64,000 nucleotides of DNA from positions 4,373,777 through 4,437,776 of the forward strand of contig BDGG01000004.1 of the NCBI GenBank assembly GCA_001949185.1. The letters run 5' to 3'. The translations under genes and the position numbers were made by a program. The notes under the pieces were generated by a model. It was not told the DNA's origin, made no database searches, and saw nothing but the letters and a program-made list of their open reading frames with translations. This DNA is from Ramazzottius varieornatus (taxonomy: Eukaryota > Animalia > Tardigrada). Shown here in pieces: positions 12,363 to 24,822 of the stretch (position 1 is the stretch's first letter; every line of letters begins with the position of its first letter).

Positions 12363-13594
12363 ATGGTATGTCGAAGCAGGATATTGTTCATGACAAGTCG
12401 ACCAGCTGTTTATGCATGTTCAATCGCTACCAGAATGAACGATACTTTCCACAGGCTTCGAACTATTCCATTGGAAAGGTACTTCACTACGCCATCCAGG
12501 CTGCTGAGTACGGAGGACGACAGGTCAAGCATGTCGTGGACTCTGGCTCGCTGGAAACCACCTTCAAAGAAAGGCAAGTCGATCCTGTCACCGTGGGGGA
12601 TATGCGTGCACATCAAGTCATGACAGGTATCTTGAAGCAAGCCCTACCTGACGTTACGGTGATATCCGAGGAAGACGATACGGAGAAATTAGTCGAGATC
12701 GTCGACCCATCGGAATACCAGAATGTGCCACCTCCGGCGGAACAGTTCCTGAAGATGAGCGGTCAAGGAGAGCTTGACCCGAAGAGCATCACCATTTGGA
12801 TTGATCCTCTGGACGCCACGCAGGAATACACCCAGAAGCTTTACGAGTTCGTTCAGGTGCGTTCATCCCGGTCCACGTTGTCATTCAAAAGACTATTTGG
12901 TTTTCGGATCTGTTTCAAAGAGGAAAGTTATATTTTCTTCGAGTTTTTATGACTGTCTCAGCTTTCATATTTCAGTGTTCCCGGTTTAAGCGCCATTAAA
13001 ATCATCCGTGCCTGCAGCTCCGGTGTCTTCTTCCAGGTTATGGTTGGGATCGCCGTCAACGGACGTCCAGTAGGCGGCGTTTTGCATCGTCCACTGCTGG
13101 ATACGCCCGTCACGTACTGGGCGTGGAAAGGTGTGGCGCTTTCTCCGGAACTCAGAGATCTTCCACGTAAAAAGAACGATGTTCTGAAAATTGTGATGTC
13201 GAGGACTGCATCTCACGCGGGAGATGTCAAAGGCTTTTCAGAGACGGCGTTCGGAAGCAAGAAATTCGAGCTAGTACCCGCTGGTGGAGCTGGATATAAA
13301 CTGCTCCAAGTGATTTTGGGCAAAGCCGATGCTTACCTGCACATCACCAAGATCAAGAAGTGGGACCTGTGTGCTGGTCATGGAGTCCTTAACGCTCTTG
13401 GTGGTAACCTCACGAGTCTGACCGGGGAAGAAATGGACTACAGACCACCCGCTGATACGAAGCAGGACGTCCTCGTGCATGACGGGTTCGTGGCGGCAGT
13501 CAACGATTTTGACTGGTTTTTGAAAGGTTGTCAGAAAGCTCACAGTGCACAAAAAAACCAAGTGAATCAACGTTCTGTACTTTCATTTTCTTGA
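12363..13594 (+). CDS. IMPAD1: IMPAD1/BPNT2 (gPAPP)-like 3'-phosphoadenosine 5'-phosphate phosphatase, inositol monophosphatase family
   Basis: ATG at 12363-12365 directly before a GT donor; exons 12455-12856 and 13037-13594. Motifs DPVTVGD, VISEE, IWIDPLDATQEYT, AGGAGYK and ADAYLHITKIKKWDLCAG match the gPAPP clade rather than BPNT1. The start codon is less certain than the family. Confidence 0.88.
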
Positions 13595-14274
13595 CTGCTG
13601 ACTCTGCCTATTCGGCGAGCTTTCTCTTGAAACGTCCTCTCGTTCACAGTACGAATTAAAGCAGAATCAGAGAGTAGAATGTTCAGGTTTTTCTAACTGA
13701 AAGATGAGAGTACCTCTTCGAACTATCCTTTTACCTGGTGGTGACTAAATTTGACTGTCACCTAGTTTGCATATCTTTTATCACCTTTGCAACAGTCCGC
13801 AGATGTTGCCGGAAATACAGGAAGATGCGGCGGTACATACCTATTTTTCCGTACAGCTACGAGTAGGGATATTACAGTTTATTATTACTGTACTGGTGAG
13901 TTGGTTCAGGACTTCAAGTTAAGGTTTAAGGCTTTAAGCCCGCTTACACTACATGACATCATGACCAATCAAGACATTACATATTTATGTCATATAATGT
14001 CATACTGTAAGCTTTCTCAAGCACTCTCAAACCCAGACTTTCCGAAATCTAGAGTCTAAGATCGCCGTCGGCATCTTCTCTTTCGTCCAGCTTCTTCTGA
14101 ATCTCCCCCCTATTGCAACTAGGGATTTCGTATCGGGATGTTGGTTCGGGACAAAACAAGCTCTGCACAAAGAAAGCGTTAACGGTAAGCGGTCTCTGTT
14201 GGTTTCGGCCAGTCACATTTCACTTGGATTTCATGTCTGAAAGACTGTTCTTCTTCAGGAAGATAGTCACCGCA

Positions 14275-16593
14275 ATGGCTTTCCGGCCTGTCTCTTCCGG
14301 TTCGCAGAAGATCATCATCGACGATAAATTCTACGTTCGGACAGTAAGTCCTTCGCAGTCCAGGAACACCGAGATGGTAACGGAACGTCACGTCAACGAG
14401 GAGAAGAGGCGGAAAGAAGGCAGCCAAACCCAAGCAGCCGGTCAACTGTCTGGTTCTGGATCCAAGTCAACAAACTCTCCTCCGGAAAAGCCAAGTCGCG
14501 CAGAACGCTTTTCCCGTTTACATGTATGTCTGCTACTTGCGTGACTTTGCGTATTGTTGGGCCAAAGTTTATAATAACCTCTGTGGACCAAATGTAGCTT
14601 ACAGAGTCTTCAGACGCCCGAACGTTACCTGCGCTTGCGGAGCATCTCGAGGAGGAAATTTACCGTCACAAGAAAACTCATACGTTCTTACAGGAGAAAG
14701 GTACAGCTTGCTGTCTTTAATTTGCTGAGTTTTGTGGGGGGAGACTTTTATTTTTTGCAGAACGAAATTTTGCTGAAAGGCTGAACCGACTGATCTTGCA
14801 AAACACTGAGCTTAGAAACGTAAGGTCTCTTTCTCGCTTTCTAATTCTCACATCTGTGGAATGGTTATGCCTGCAGGAAAACAGCTTGTTGCGAGTGCAC
14901 CTCCACGAGGAATCTCAGAGATTCCTGGAACTCGAAGAGCGTTTGCGGGCTCAGAAGAAAGAACTTCACCAACAGCGCAAAGCCATGGAAAAGAAAGTCT
15001 CTCAAGACAGAGTTTCGCCAGCGAGCGTCGACGAATACGTGGAACTGGGCCGCCGAATGCGTCATGGGGAAAGAGATGTGTGCGTCGAGAAGAAGCGAAG
15101 TCGTACGGATCAAACAGATGGGAATGCCAGAAGTCACGACGACAGGAAATCCAGGAAACTTCGCGACGAGACTCTAGACTACGTGAACGGACATCGCAGA
15201 GATATCGAAAACCAGCAGATGAAGAGCAGAAATTGTCCTGACATGGTAAACTTTGATATTCTGGAAAGAAGACACGAAATGCGTGATGCTAGTGTGACTA
15301 GAGTCGTTTAAGAAATTTACTTGATTTTTTTGATCCATTTTGAATTTTGGCTTACTCGATAAGATTGTTGTTTCACGTGGCGCACGGTGTCAGCCAATAA
15401 CACCGACAAAGTGCGCCACTTGGGACAACAGCTTGCCGGGGTTACTTGCCGGACTTCCATTTGTCCAAAACATTTTTAATTCAAAAATCTGAGCTGAGGC
15501 TTATTCCAGGATTACCACGTGAAGAAGCTTGCGCAAGACCTCGATCGTAAAACTTCAACGATCAATCGCCTTAGAGCTGTACTGGGCGAGATGGACGATT
15601 CTTCGCTCAGCACGGTAACGCCTTCAGCACCGGCTCGCAGTAGTGAGTCCGTTCCTGAATCTTCACCCCGACAACGCCAGTTACAGCAGCGGTTGTCGGA
15701 ACGTGAGGACCAAGAAGAAAGGATTCAACAAGAAGCTCAGCAGGCAAGAAGAACAGAACGCCGAACTCGAGAACGATCAGAAGCAGGCCGAAGCCGCGAT
15801 GAAGTGGCGCGCAGTGAGAGACTTGCCGCTAAATTCACAAACACCCAAGGAAATCGCCCGGTACGTTCATCTTGTCCTCACTGTCCCAATGAAACTCCCA
15901 GTTTCAAAAAAAAATACCGTTTGAAAGATTTTCGGCCTTTTGTGTACTGTAAAATGGATGAGCGAAAACCAACGGTGTTCCTTTTTCGCTCACCTGCATA
16001 CATCCAGGCTCACATGCACCCCTGTTTTGACTGTATGCAGGTGCGTGAAAGATGGCAGTCATCTTGCAAATTATTTTTTAGCACTTAAAGTCTTTTCCAT
16101 TGTTTTCGTTTGATGTGTGGTCTGTGCTTTTAGACGGGTATGTGACGGATTGTTTTCGCAGAGTTCTCCATGTAAGCCATTCCACAATCCCCGCTACGGC
16201 TCCGTAATTGTCGCTCGTCGTTCTTCCCGAGAACGTTCGCTGGACCGCGTTCTCGAACACCGCTCCAAGTACCGTGTTCCAATGGGGACTATCTTCCGGC
16301 CTCGTCGTTCCGTTCTCCGGACCGTATCTACCAAGAAGCTCAATCTGGAAGAGACCATGAAGGCTGACAAGTACGTCCTGGAACATCAGGACGCTGACGA
16401 TGTCGGCAATGTCCAGACACATCTCTTCAAAGGCGACATCATCCCGACGTCAGGTGGCGGACGAGCTGTCATATTCAAAGACGTCGAGACCTTGGCCCAC
16501 AAAAACCCACTCGGTGCTACTACTTCGCGCAGTAAGCTGGTCGAGATGCAGTCGTCGCCGTCCGGTAAAACGTCCCGATTTTGCTGCGATTAA
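14275..16593 (+). CDS. Coiled-coil protein with C-terminal KIF23/MKLP1/Pavarotti-type (Arf6-binding) tail and no kinesin motor
   Basis: Exons 14275-14523, 14598-14700, 14761-14819, 14877-15245, 15510-15860, 16162-16593, phase-consistent. The last exon (DRVLEHRSKYRVPMGTIFRP...KYVLEHQDADDVGNVQTHLFKGDIIPTSGGGRAVIFKDVETL) matches the MKLP1/Pav tail pattern. The 3' end could extend via a donor at 16565. Confidence 0.82.
15350..15455. repeat. Palindromic hairpin element (GTGGCGCAC...GTGCGCCAC family), copy in an intron of the MKLP1-tail gene
   Basis: Arms GTGGCGCAC (15377-15385) and GTGCGCCAC (15411-15419); the spacer contains CAGCCAATAACA, shared with other copies. Boundaries approximate. Confidence 0.75.
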
Positions 16594-19500
16594 GCGTCTC
16601 GGACTTACTACGTACTCTTTCCTTGATCTTACCTGTTAATGCCTGTGTTCTCTTTTTATTTCGTTCGTTCGCTCGTGGATGGAAACCTGGTACTTGACTT
16701 ATTTACTATCACTGTCTGACTTCTCGGGTAGTTAAAGTTACCGTCGTTTTCTTGTTGCAGTAGACTGTAGAGTTCCAGTTGGTCCACCATGGATTTCGTG
16801 CAAGGTCTTCGCACCTTTTCGTTTATGATGATAATCTGCTTCATTATGAAGAAAGATAATTGTGACATTCGTCAGCTGTAATAACATGACGGCTACTTCG
16901 GTTAAGTGGGGTAATCCATTCGTCGGTCTGAATTTTTCAGTTTCGAAAATATGTTTTGGAAGGACAGGTGCGATGCTGTTTTGATTGGGGCTTTTGTCGA
17001 TGTGAATTCGACAAACTGACCTGAGCTTAAATCTTTGCAGGTGTTTAGTCGGAGGAATGGTCGTTCGCTGAATAACGGGCTGGACGGAATAAGCGACGCC
17101 CGCTGTGAGTGGATACGTTCACTCCAAGCTCGTGCGGAGGTTACAAGGTTTGGACGAGCCCCGACGAGGGTCATCCTTCCGCATTGACTGCTCAAAGATG
17201 TCTACCGCATTGTATAATCATGAACATGTGCACGTGCCGTCTGGCCGTAAGCCCTTTCTCGACATAATTGGCGGCACGCGCCACCCAGAGTATTCATTAC
17301 CGATGTGAAACAGTCTGCAAACACGGAAGTTCAACTTGATCTACAGAACGGCTGAACTACCATATACCTAAGATAATTTACACTGCCAGTTTCAGGTGCG
17401 AACCTTTTCGGAGAACCGGCAGAAACGTCTGAAAAACGTCTGTAGTGCCGCTCTTAAAAGCTTCTATGGTTCGGGCTAGCTTAACTTTTGGGACGGATGG
17501 GAATATTTGGGCCAAGCGACAGCTGATTGTTATCGAGTGGCCCCGACAACTTCATGGGGAGTAACAAAGTGTGTTGCATTCCAACTGGCACCTCATAACA
17601 AGCAAATGTATCCTCTAATGTGTGTAGTATGGACTTCCAGGGACGGGATGGATGGACGCTGCTGTTACGTCAGCGCGGCTGCTCATCGATTTATCCACTT
17701 TCCCTGATCCCGTTACCGTAGGACACTACAGGGAAAAGGGATAGACATCCACGCTGACTTGGCCGGAAGGGCATCATATTGCTTAATTCCGGCTGTTTGA
17801 ATAGGCAGGAAAAGCTCAAACAGGCAATGGACAAATGCATTCAACGTTAGTTAGCTGGCGAGCCGGTAGCCATCATTTGAAGTGTTGATCAACTGGCCAA
17901 TCGAGGGACAATACAAAGATTCACTTCGATAAGCGTCAGCTTCCGCACAGATTATGTGCTCGTCCATTAAACTTTTACAAAAGCCACAAATTGCGCTCAA
18001 TTGGACAGCCGAGATTATCCCCCGTGCACCATAGTATGCATCGACTTTGGCCCAGAAACCAGGTTCGGACATCCGACCAATTAACCAAATCAACCGCCCC
18101 TTTCATCGAGCTTGCACAACTGTTTTCCAGGCGATCCAATCATTCGCTTATAGTCTGAGATTTTTTTTCGGGCTATCACTGGTGTTATTTTAACGTTGGT
18201 GGTTCAGTGTTTCTCTGGGCGCGATCAATGTTATCGCATGTTCAGTTAGAAGTGAGAAGTAGCAGGTTTTCGGACGAGGAAGTGAGCAGTATAGATCGAA
18301 GCTTCCTGTGGTGAGGTTGTGATCTGCAATTGCATCCCTCTGTGCCAACCGACATCGATACGCAAATGGTACAGTATGGCAAGCTATAATTAACATGATG
18401 TTGATCGAATAATTTGACTTGACGGAAGACGAAATAGAACGGAAGAAGCAGGAGACCTTGTCCAGTGGTTAGCATTTTCGGAAGTTGGACTGGACGGTCC
18501 CTTTCCCCCATGGAGGCATTACTGCCCCTGGAGTCCTTGGGTGCTCATTGTTATCCGTCAAGTGCGGTAACGTGCCATCGTCTTCACAGCTTGCAATCGG
18601 ACAAACTAGAAAATGATGTCCTTTGGGAAGACGCCTGATGGGCAACAGAGATGGAAATGACTACCGCCACCCTTGTCACCCATGATCCGGTAAAGGCCTC
18701 CTTTCAGCGTATTGATAGTCACTTGCTGTGCCGGAATGACTTTTCATATGCTTTTTGTGAGATGTGTCTAACTGAAAAGTGTCTATTGAAACCCTGCCCC
18801 GTTTCTCTTTCATTCCTTATCAAGTTAAAGTCATTAACTTTCTACCTAAGAGGCCAAGACATCGACTGCATATAAAATGGGCGAGCCAAATCGTGGGATC
18901 AAGTCTTTAGCTCTGGAAATTTTGCTTTTGGAGAAAAAATGATAACCAGACCTTTTAAGATCCAGAGAAAGCTTTATGACCTTTACTAGCTTATATATGT
19001 GTAAGATGAAAGCGAAATTTGCTTTTGTTCGAATTAAAGTTCTGACTGACATAAGCTTTGCCGGTGCAAGTATGCAAGAACGGAGTATCGCACATAATAA
19101 TTCCAACTGATTTATGCGCTACGTTAAATTTCTCATGTGCGATTTCCTCGGTGCTGTGAGAAGGAAACGACCGGTATTCGTTTTGTAATCAAGACTAATG
19201 CAGCGCTAATGCGTTTACCGAAGCAGAATGTCGCGCAAAGTCACGCAATGCGCTCGTTTGCCCACGCCGGCATCCCGCTGATGTAAAAACAAGGCTACGG
19301 CCGGTTCTTCCTTTCTCCTATGCCCTTTCTACCGTTAATCTCTCCAAAAGTGGTCGACATTATCGTTAATGGAATACAGCGTTGACTTATGGAATTTATG
19401 AAAATTCCTGTCTTGGTATAAATTTCTGATGCTGAAGGATTTAAAAAGTCAAGATGTTGATATGAATTTCTTATGAATTTTTCACACTGCTGTCATTTCT

Positions 19501-20143
19501 TCCCAATCCGATTAACGCCTCAAGATATTTATTATGGAGGAAGTCTTCTATAATAAACGGCCAATATGACGGCCGGTTGTCTTCCCTTCTTCCTCGTCCT
19601 TCGATCGATGTTATTTTGCCGTTGGATACTCATGCATTGACAGTGTGTAATCAGATCCCGTTACTGCGTCTATTTGCGCAGGTATGCCTATTTGCATTTC
19701 AGCTATTAAGTACAGAAATTGACAACGTTTGCATATTCTTAGTTTACATTCGTGCCGTACAGCTGTCATGACTATGATTACTCCATGAAGCTACTGACAG
19801 CCGTCCAATGTAAACCACAGGGTTGTACAAAATAATTGTCGGTTACAAACAAGATAGACGAGCTCAAAAATTAGGAATTACTCTTGTGTAGTTCAAAGAC
19901 CGAAACTTCCAGTAATCAAAATGGAACTCCATTCTCGGAGGACCGAAAGTGTAACAAGACATTCAACAACCGAAACTTTAACATATCAATGTAAAGACCG
20001 GAAAACGATTTACGTTTATTTTGTCAAGCGTTAACTACTGACCTTTCGTACGTCTCCGATCAAATGTACTACAAATGAGATCAAAAGAACGTATTCGGAC
20101 TTACAAAGTCCCCAGCGCCATCATTCGTCCACCACAGGGATAC

Positions 20144-22367
20144 TCACCGGTGCTGAACAGCCGCAAACTTCATTCTTTTTTGCTTCTGTAGAATACAAAA
20201 ATAATGAACAGGATATTCCTGATTGGAAAACACTCCGGGGAAGCCTTTCAGCCTACCTGGCGCTGGTTACAAAACCAAACCCGCACGACATTCTTCTTCA
20301 GGTCGAGTTGATCGGCTATCGAGGCGATCTTCTCGCCCGAAGGGCGTGGCTGTGCGTTAAAGCATCGTTCCAACGCGCGTTTCTCGGGAGCTGCAATGGA
20401 GGTCCGCTTACGCTTCTTGTCGCTGCTGAGAGCCGAGCATTCGGAGCCCGGCGATCCTTCCTTGGCTCTAATTTTGGCTTCCTTTTCTGCTTGTTCCAAC
20501 CAAGCGTGCAAGATGGGCTTGAGGGCAATCATATTGTTATGACTGAGGGTCAGGGACTCGAATCGGCAAATGGTACTTTGACTGAGCGATCCCACACCGG
20601 CAATCTTCAGACTGGCAAGAGCCTTACCCACATCGGCTTGAGTCACACCCAGTTTGACTCGTCGCTGCTTGAAGGTCTCAGCAAAGCGCTCAAGCTCTCC
20701 CGGATCCATATCGTTCTCGTTATGTTGATTGACTACCGTGGCGCTGATGTGACCGAGGTTGTGAGCAGATAATGTAGAGTGCCCCATAGTGGCAAAGGAT
20801 GTGTGTGGGTAAAGAGATGGATGCAGAGTGTGGACTGTGTGAGTCTAGAAAACGAACCATACGAAAATCGTAGAAAACTGCTAGAGTGTTAGCGACGTGC
20901 TTCTGGAGAAAGGGCTTGACATAACTGCGGAAGGTTTTCGTCTAGGAGATTTATCAAACGCAGGAAAACTTGGAGTAAAGATTCCAAAATTTTTTTCGCA
21001 CTTGAACAAACTATACTTCATTCAGTCCGCCTCTTTCACTTCGTTAGTTTTATGGAACTCATTTCTTCGACGATTATGTGCTACTTGATTTTTGCTAGAA
21101 ACGAGGCGAAACATACGGTGTATTCCGGAGTAATTATAGCTCTGGGTTTAGACTCCAAATTGCTTACGCCTGTGTGGTCTGTGGAGAACCCGGACAAGGA
21201 CTGTGTGGCAAAGGCTGTAAGGCCGTCATGGTAAAAGTCCATACTCGGATGACCACCACCGTCCATCGAATGATGTCCAGTGGACTGGAGTCTCCCACCA
21301 CCGCACGGATGGCTGACCGCATACATGGGATGAGGATCCATCTTGATGGTGGCTTGGGTGACATGATGTTCATTAGAGTTGATACTGGGCTTCATCTCGG
21401 CGAACCCGAGCGTATCGGCCGACCCCAAGAATCGTGCCGAGTCATCGAACCCGAAGAACCCACCCTACAAATAATCGTTACACATGAAGTTTAAAGACCA
21501 TGTAAGGATTTGGTTTCACCGCCAGCTTATGAATTTCTTAACAGTATGGACAAGTTAAATCGGCAAATAGTTGTTCCTTCCATAATTAATCGCTACCGGC
21601 CTTGTCGAAACTTTGGCGCTGTGTCCATAGGTATTACACCGAAGTACCGAGAGCCAGCAAACTGATCCGCAAACAGTCTCATAAAATATGAAAGCGATTA
21701 ACGGAAGTCGAACAAAGTAAATTTCCACACACGATCCACACGGTACATAAGCGCCTATCGTGCGCCGACATAAGCCGTAAGCGTAAACTCAAGTGTCGAA
21801 ACCTCCCCAACATTTCCGTTATTTATTCAACCGTCAATTTCCAACAAGCGTCACTCGCTTTCGATACCCAACTTATCCCTCTTCGGCGTTACATTTCCAT
21901 GGTTTGGAATTATGCAAGAATATTCACCATCATTTGGTATATAAATCATTCCCCTGTGAGGAATCTATTACCTCTCTTCGAGCGTTTTCTGAAGCTTCTT
22001 CGAGACGCCGGAAATGATTGAACATGATCGTTATCTCAATTGACTAACGTTTTCATTGTTGTTGGCTCAAAAAGTGCGTCAGCCGGAAAAATCATGAAGT
22101 TCAAGTCATCCGTCGACGTGACGATGTCCCATTTGAGCTTTCTCGTAGAAAACTTGTTCAAGATTCGGCCGAGGAACTTACCGTCGACATTTGGCGGCGA
22201 AGAGGGTCCGCATTATTCCGGTACGATGCGGGAACTTGCGAATACGCGCGGCTGTTACCAGCAAAGGACGGATGCATCCCGAAAGTCACCGCTTTGTTAT
22301 TCATGTCCGACGAATCGGAGCCGGGCGGAAACTGTGATCGTGACAGCGGATGAAAAATAGTGCTCAT
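20144..22367 (-). CDS. POU4F: Class IV POU-homeodomain transcription factor (Brn3/acj6/unc-86 family)
   Basis: Exons 22367-22182, 21464-21168, 20844-20257, 20185-20144, all phase 0. N-terminal MNNKAVTFGMHP..RR; POU-IV-box-like GFFGFDDSARFLGSADTL; POU-specific ELERFAETFKQRRVKLGVTQADVG..SLSQSTICRFESLTLSHNNMIALKPIL; homeodomain KKRKRTSIAAPEKR..KKNVVRVWFCNQRQ|KQKR. Confidence 0.97.
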
Positions 22368-22849
22368 ATTGACAAAGATATTGACAAATAAACAAGCGTG
22401 AAGGAATGACAGCGGAAGGAAGTAAGTAGTTTCTTCCTTGGAGCAGAAAATTTAAATGTGAAGTCCGACACTTACAGATGGAAGTTCAAACACGCTTATC
22501 CAATGCGTCGAGAAGAGGAGCACGGCAAACGGGAAGGATGTGGTATTGGCGCATATGCTCAAAGGGCGACATACGCGGCTGGCAAGGGAAGAGACATGGG
22601 CAACGACTGACATCCCATCATCCTCCCACGGGCTCTTTGGCTAACCATTCCGGACAGTACATCAGGCACCTGTCCCACTCTCACGTCACTGCAGCTATAC
22701 CGCAGTCTTGCCTTCATTCAGACCCCCAGCCGATCCGGATAATCTTCAAAGCAAAACAATACGAGTCAGTAATGTTTTTCCTATATTAACACATCTAAAA
22801 CCTTCGAGAGCGTCGGGAACCCAGACGAGAATCTCCGTTCGCAAAACCA

Positions 22850-22975
22850 TTGGGAACTGGACAAACAGACGTACAAGATCGTTATCTCACGTGGCGCACT
22901 ATTTCTATATTATTGTGTGAAAGAGTGCGCCACTCATCATGACAATCTCGTACGTTTTATTTGTCCAGCTACCAA
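22850..22975. repeat. Palindromic hairpin element, copy upstream of the POU4F coding region
   Basis: About 50-bp inverted arms TTGGGAACTGGACAAACAGACGTACAAGATCGTTATCTCACGTGGCGCACT and AGTGCGCCACTCATCATGACAATCTCGTACGTTTTATTTGTCCAGCTACCAA. Confidence 0.8.
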
Positions 22976-24822
22976 ATATTTCCTTTGACGGAAACATTTC
23001 TTTATTTATTGAAAGTTAGAATGTGTGTCTGTTTCTGATTCTGTGTGTTTCTGTTTTGATAGGCACTTTTTGGATAAGGAACTTATTCGTCTTGTAGGTT
23101 CTTCGATCGCGGCATGGTGGCGGATGCGGATCGATGTTGTCCTCGACATTGTCGCGCGGGCAGGAAAATGTGTTTGTCCAAAGTGTCCTGGAAAAGGGGA
23201 GAAAAGAAGGCAGTTAATATTTAATCAAGTCATTAGTTGAAGTTGTTGTGCGTACTGTGGTGGAATCATGCGAGCGTCCCGTTGCCATTATCGAGATCAC
23301 CGTTGCTAACTTGCATCCATTCACATGCTAAAGTCAGTAACAATTACGTTTGATTTCTCCTTCTATCCATCTCCTGTGAAGCGCCTGTTGACAAAATAAA
23401 TGGCACACAACGAGAAACAGGCACGAAATCCGGTCGATACATTCCTGCCAATTTTGATGCTTCTCCACCTTACCCTGTGTCAGACAAGGGGAGCACTCTT
23501 CTCTGCACATCTCGGTGCAGCCAAACATTTTTCTCGAGCTGAGACGTAAAATCTGTTAACAGTTTTCGGAGTGTACAGTACTCATCAAATTTCTCGGTAT
23601 GGTCGACTTTGTGCTGGTATACCGAGGAACTGGTCATGTGCAGTAAACAGATGTGGACTAACATCTTTCCGACGTTGCCTAAAGGAACGAATCTATTACG
23701 GCAATTAACCTATAATTGTCTATCAATATACAAGCAAGGGTCATACACTCCATTGTGGTCAAACAACCCCCCAAATGCCCACTGACAACTGTCCGTCTTC
23801 CCTCCAGATGGTACTCGCGCCGGAGCAGACTGAAAGTCTAGAATCAAAGTGTCCATCGGCGGTCTCCCGTATAACGATATCGCTGCAACCTGTAATTAAA
23901 AGCTGCAAGAAGTCTGTTCTATTTTAAAAGTGTACAACGGCCGACCCGCAACTATCACTAGTACCTCGTACTGTATGAGGACAGAAAAACGAGCACAATC
24001 TGTGCTGGAAGTATAACCACGCCATACGAGAAAGCATGCGTCGCGCTGCGACCCATGAGTTGATTGACCAATCCACCAGTGACGCCATTCTTCTTTCGTG
24101 CTGACCCTTTTGGGCCTTGGCGAACCGTGGTCCATTCGATGCTGCAGATTTCGTCAACGCAATATCCATTGACCTGCAACGACGTCCGTTGAACCATAAG
24201 GAATCATGGGTGGGTGTTTATCTGGATTAACCGCCAAGTTGTGAAAAACAGAAGGCAGACTTACCTGCAAAAAATGACGCTGCAGTGGCTGGACCAGTCC
24301 AGCTGCTATCAGTTTGTCTCCAAACCCTGAAGGAGTATGTCTCCAGTAATGGGAGATTGGGAGTTCATCAAGACAGTCAATGAACGTCGGCCTGATTGTT
24401 CTTGGCCAGGATGGCTGCACGGTGCTATGAACAAGTTAATTGGAGGCCTGTCCGGGACGGCGTCAAAAAGCTGCGTTTTAATTATAAGCTCATTAACGAC
24501 GCAATGATCCTACTCCGCCTCCTGCATCTAATCACTGCAATAACCGACTGATCTGTAATGGCCATCGGTCATCACTCCCGTCGCGTATCTACCCTGCCAA
24601 AGTAACCACTTCTCTCGGCTCGACGTTTTGTTTCCTGCTTCTCTTCAGCTATGCTCAGATTCAACTAGAGAACGTTTCTGACAAAAAAAAGTATTTTGCG
24701 CGAGTCGCGTACAGTACTGATTAATCCGCGTTTCGTCCGCAAAAAAAGAAAGAGATGTGAGAAGACTGTGCGCGCGCGAGTCGGCGAACTAGGAAGACAA
24801 GAACGCCTCGAGAGTTGACATA

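Noticed and set aside
11883-12391. Minus-strand ORFs of 87 and 107 aa
   Set aside because: No motifs or supporting exon chain; antisense to the probable IMPAD1 leader.
13935-14015. Short imperfect inverted repeat resembling a PIF/Harbinger MITE end
   Set aside because: Too short and degenerate; the right terminus and TSD are not convincing.
16900-19900. Scattered 60-97 aa ORFs between the MKLP1-tail gene and POU4F
   Set aside because: No coherent exon chain or domain; more likely regulatory or intergenic DNA of the POU gene.
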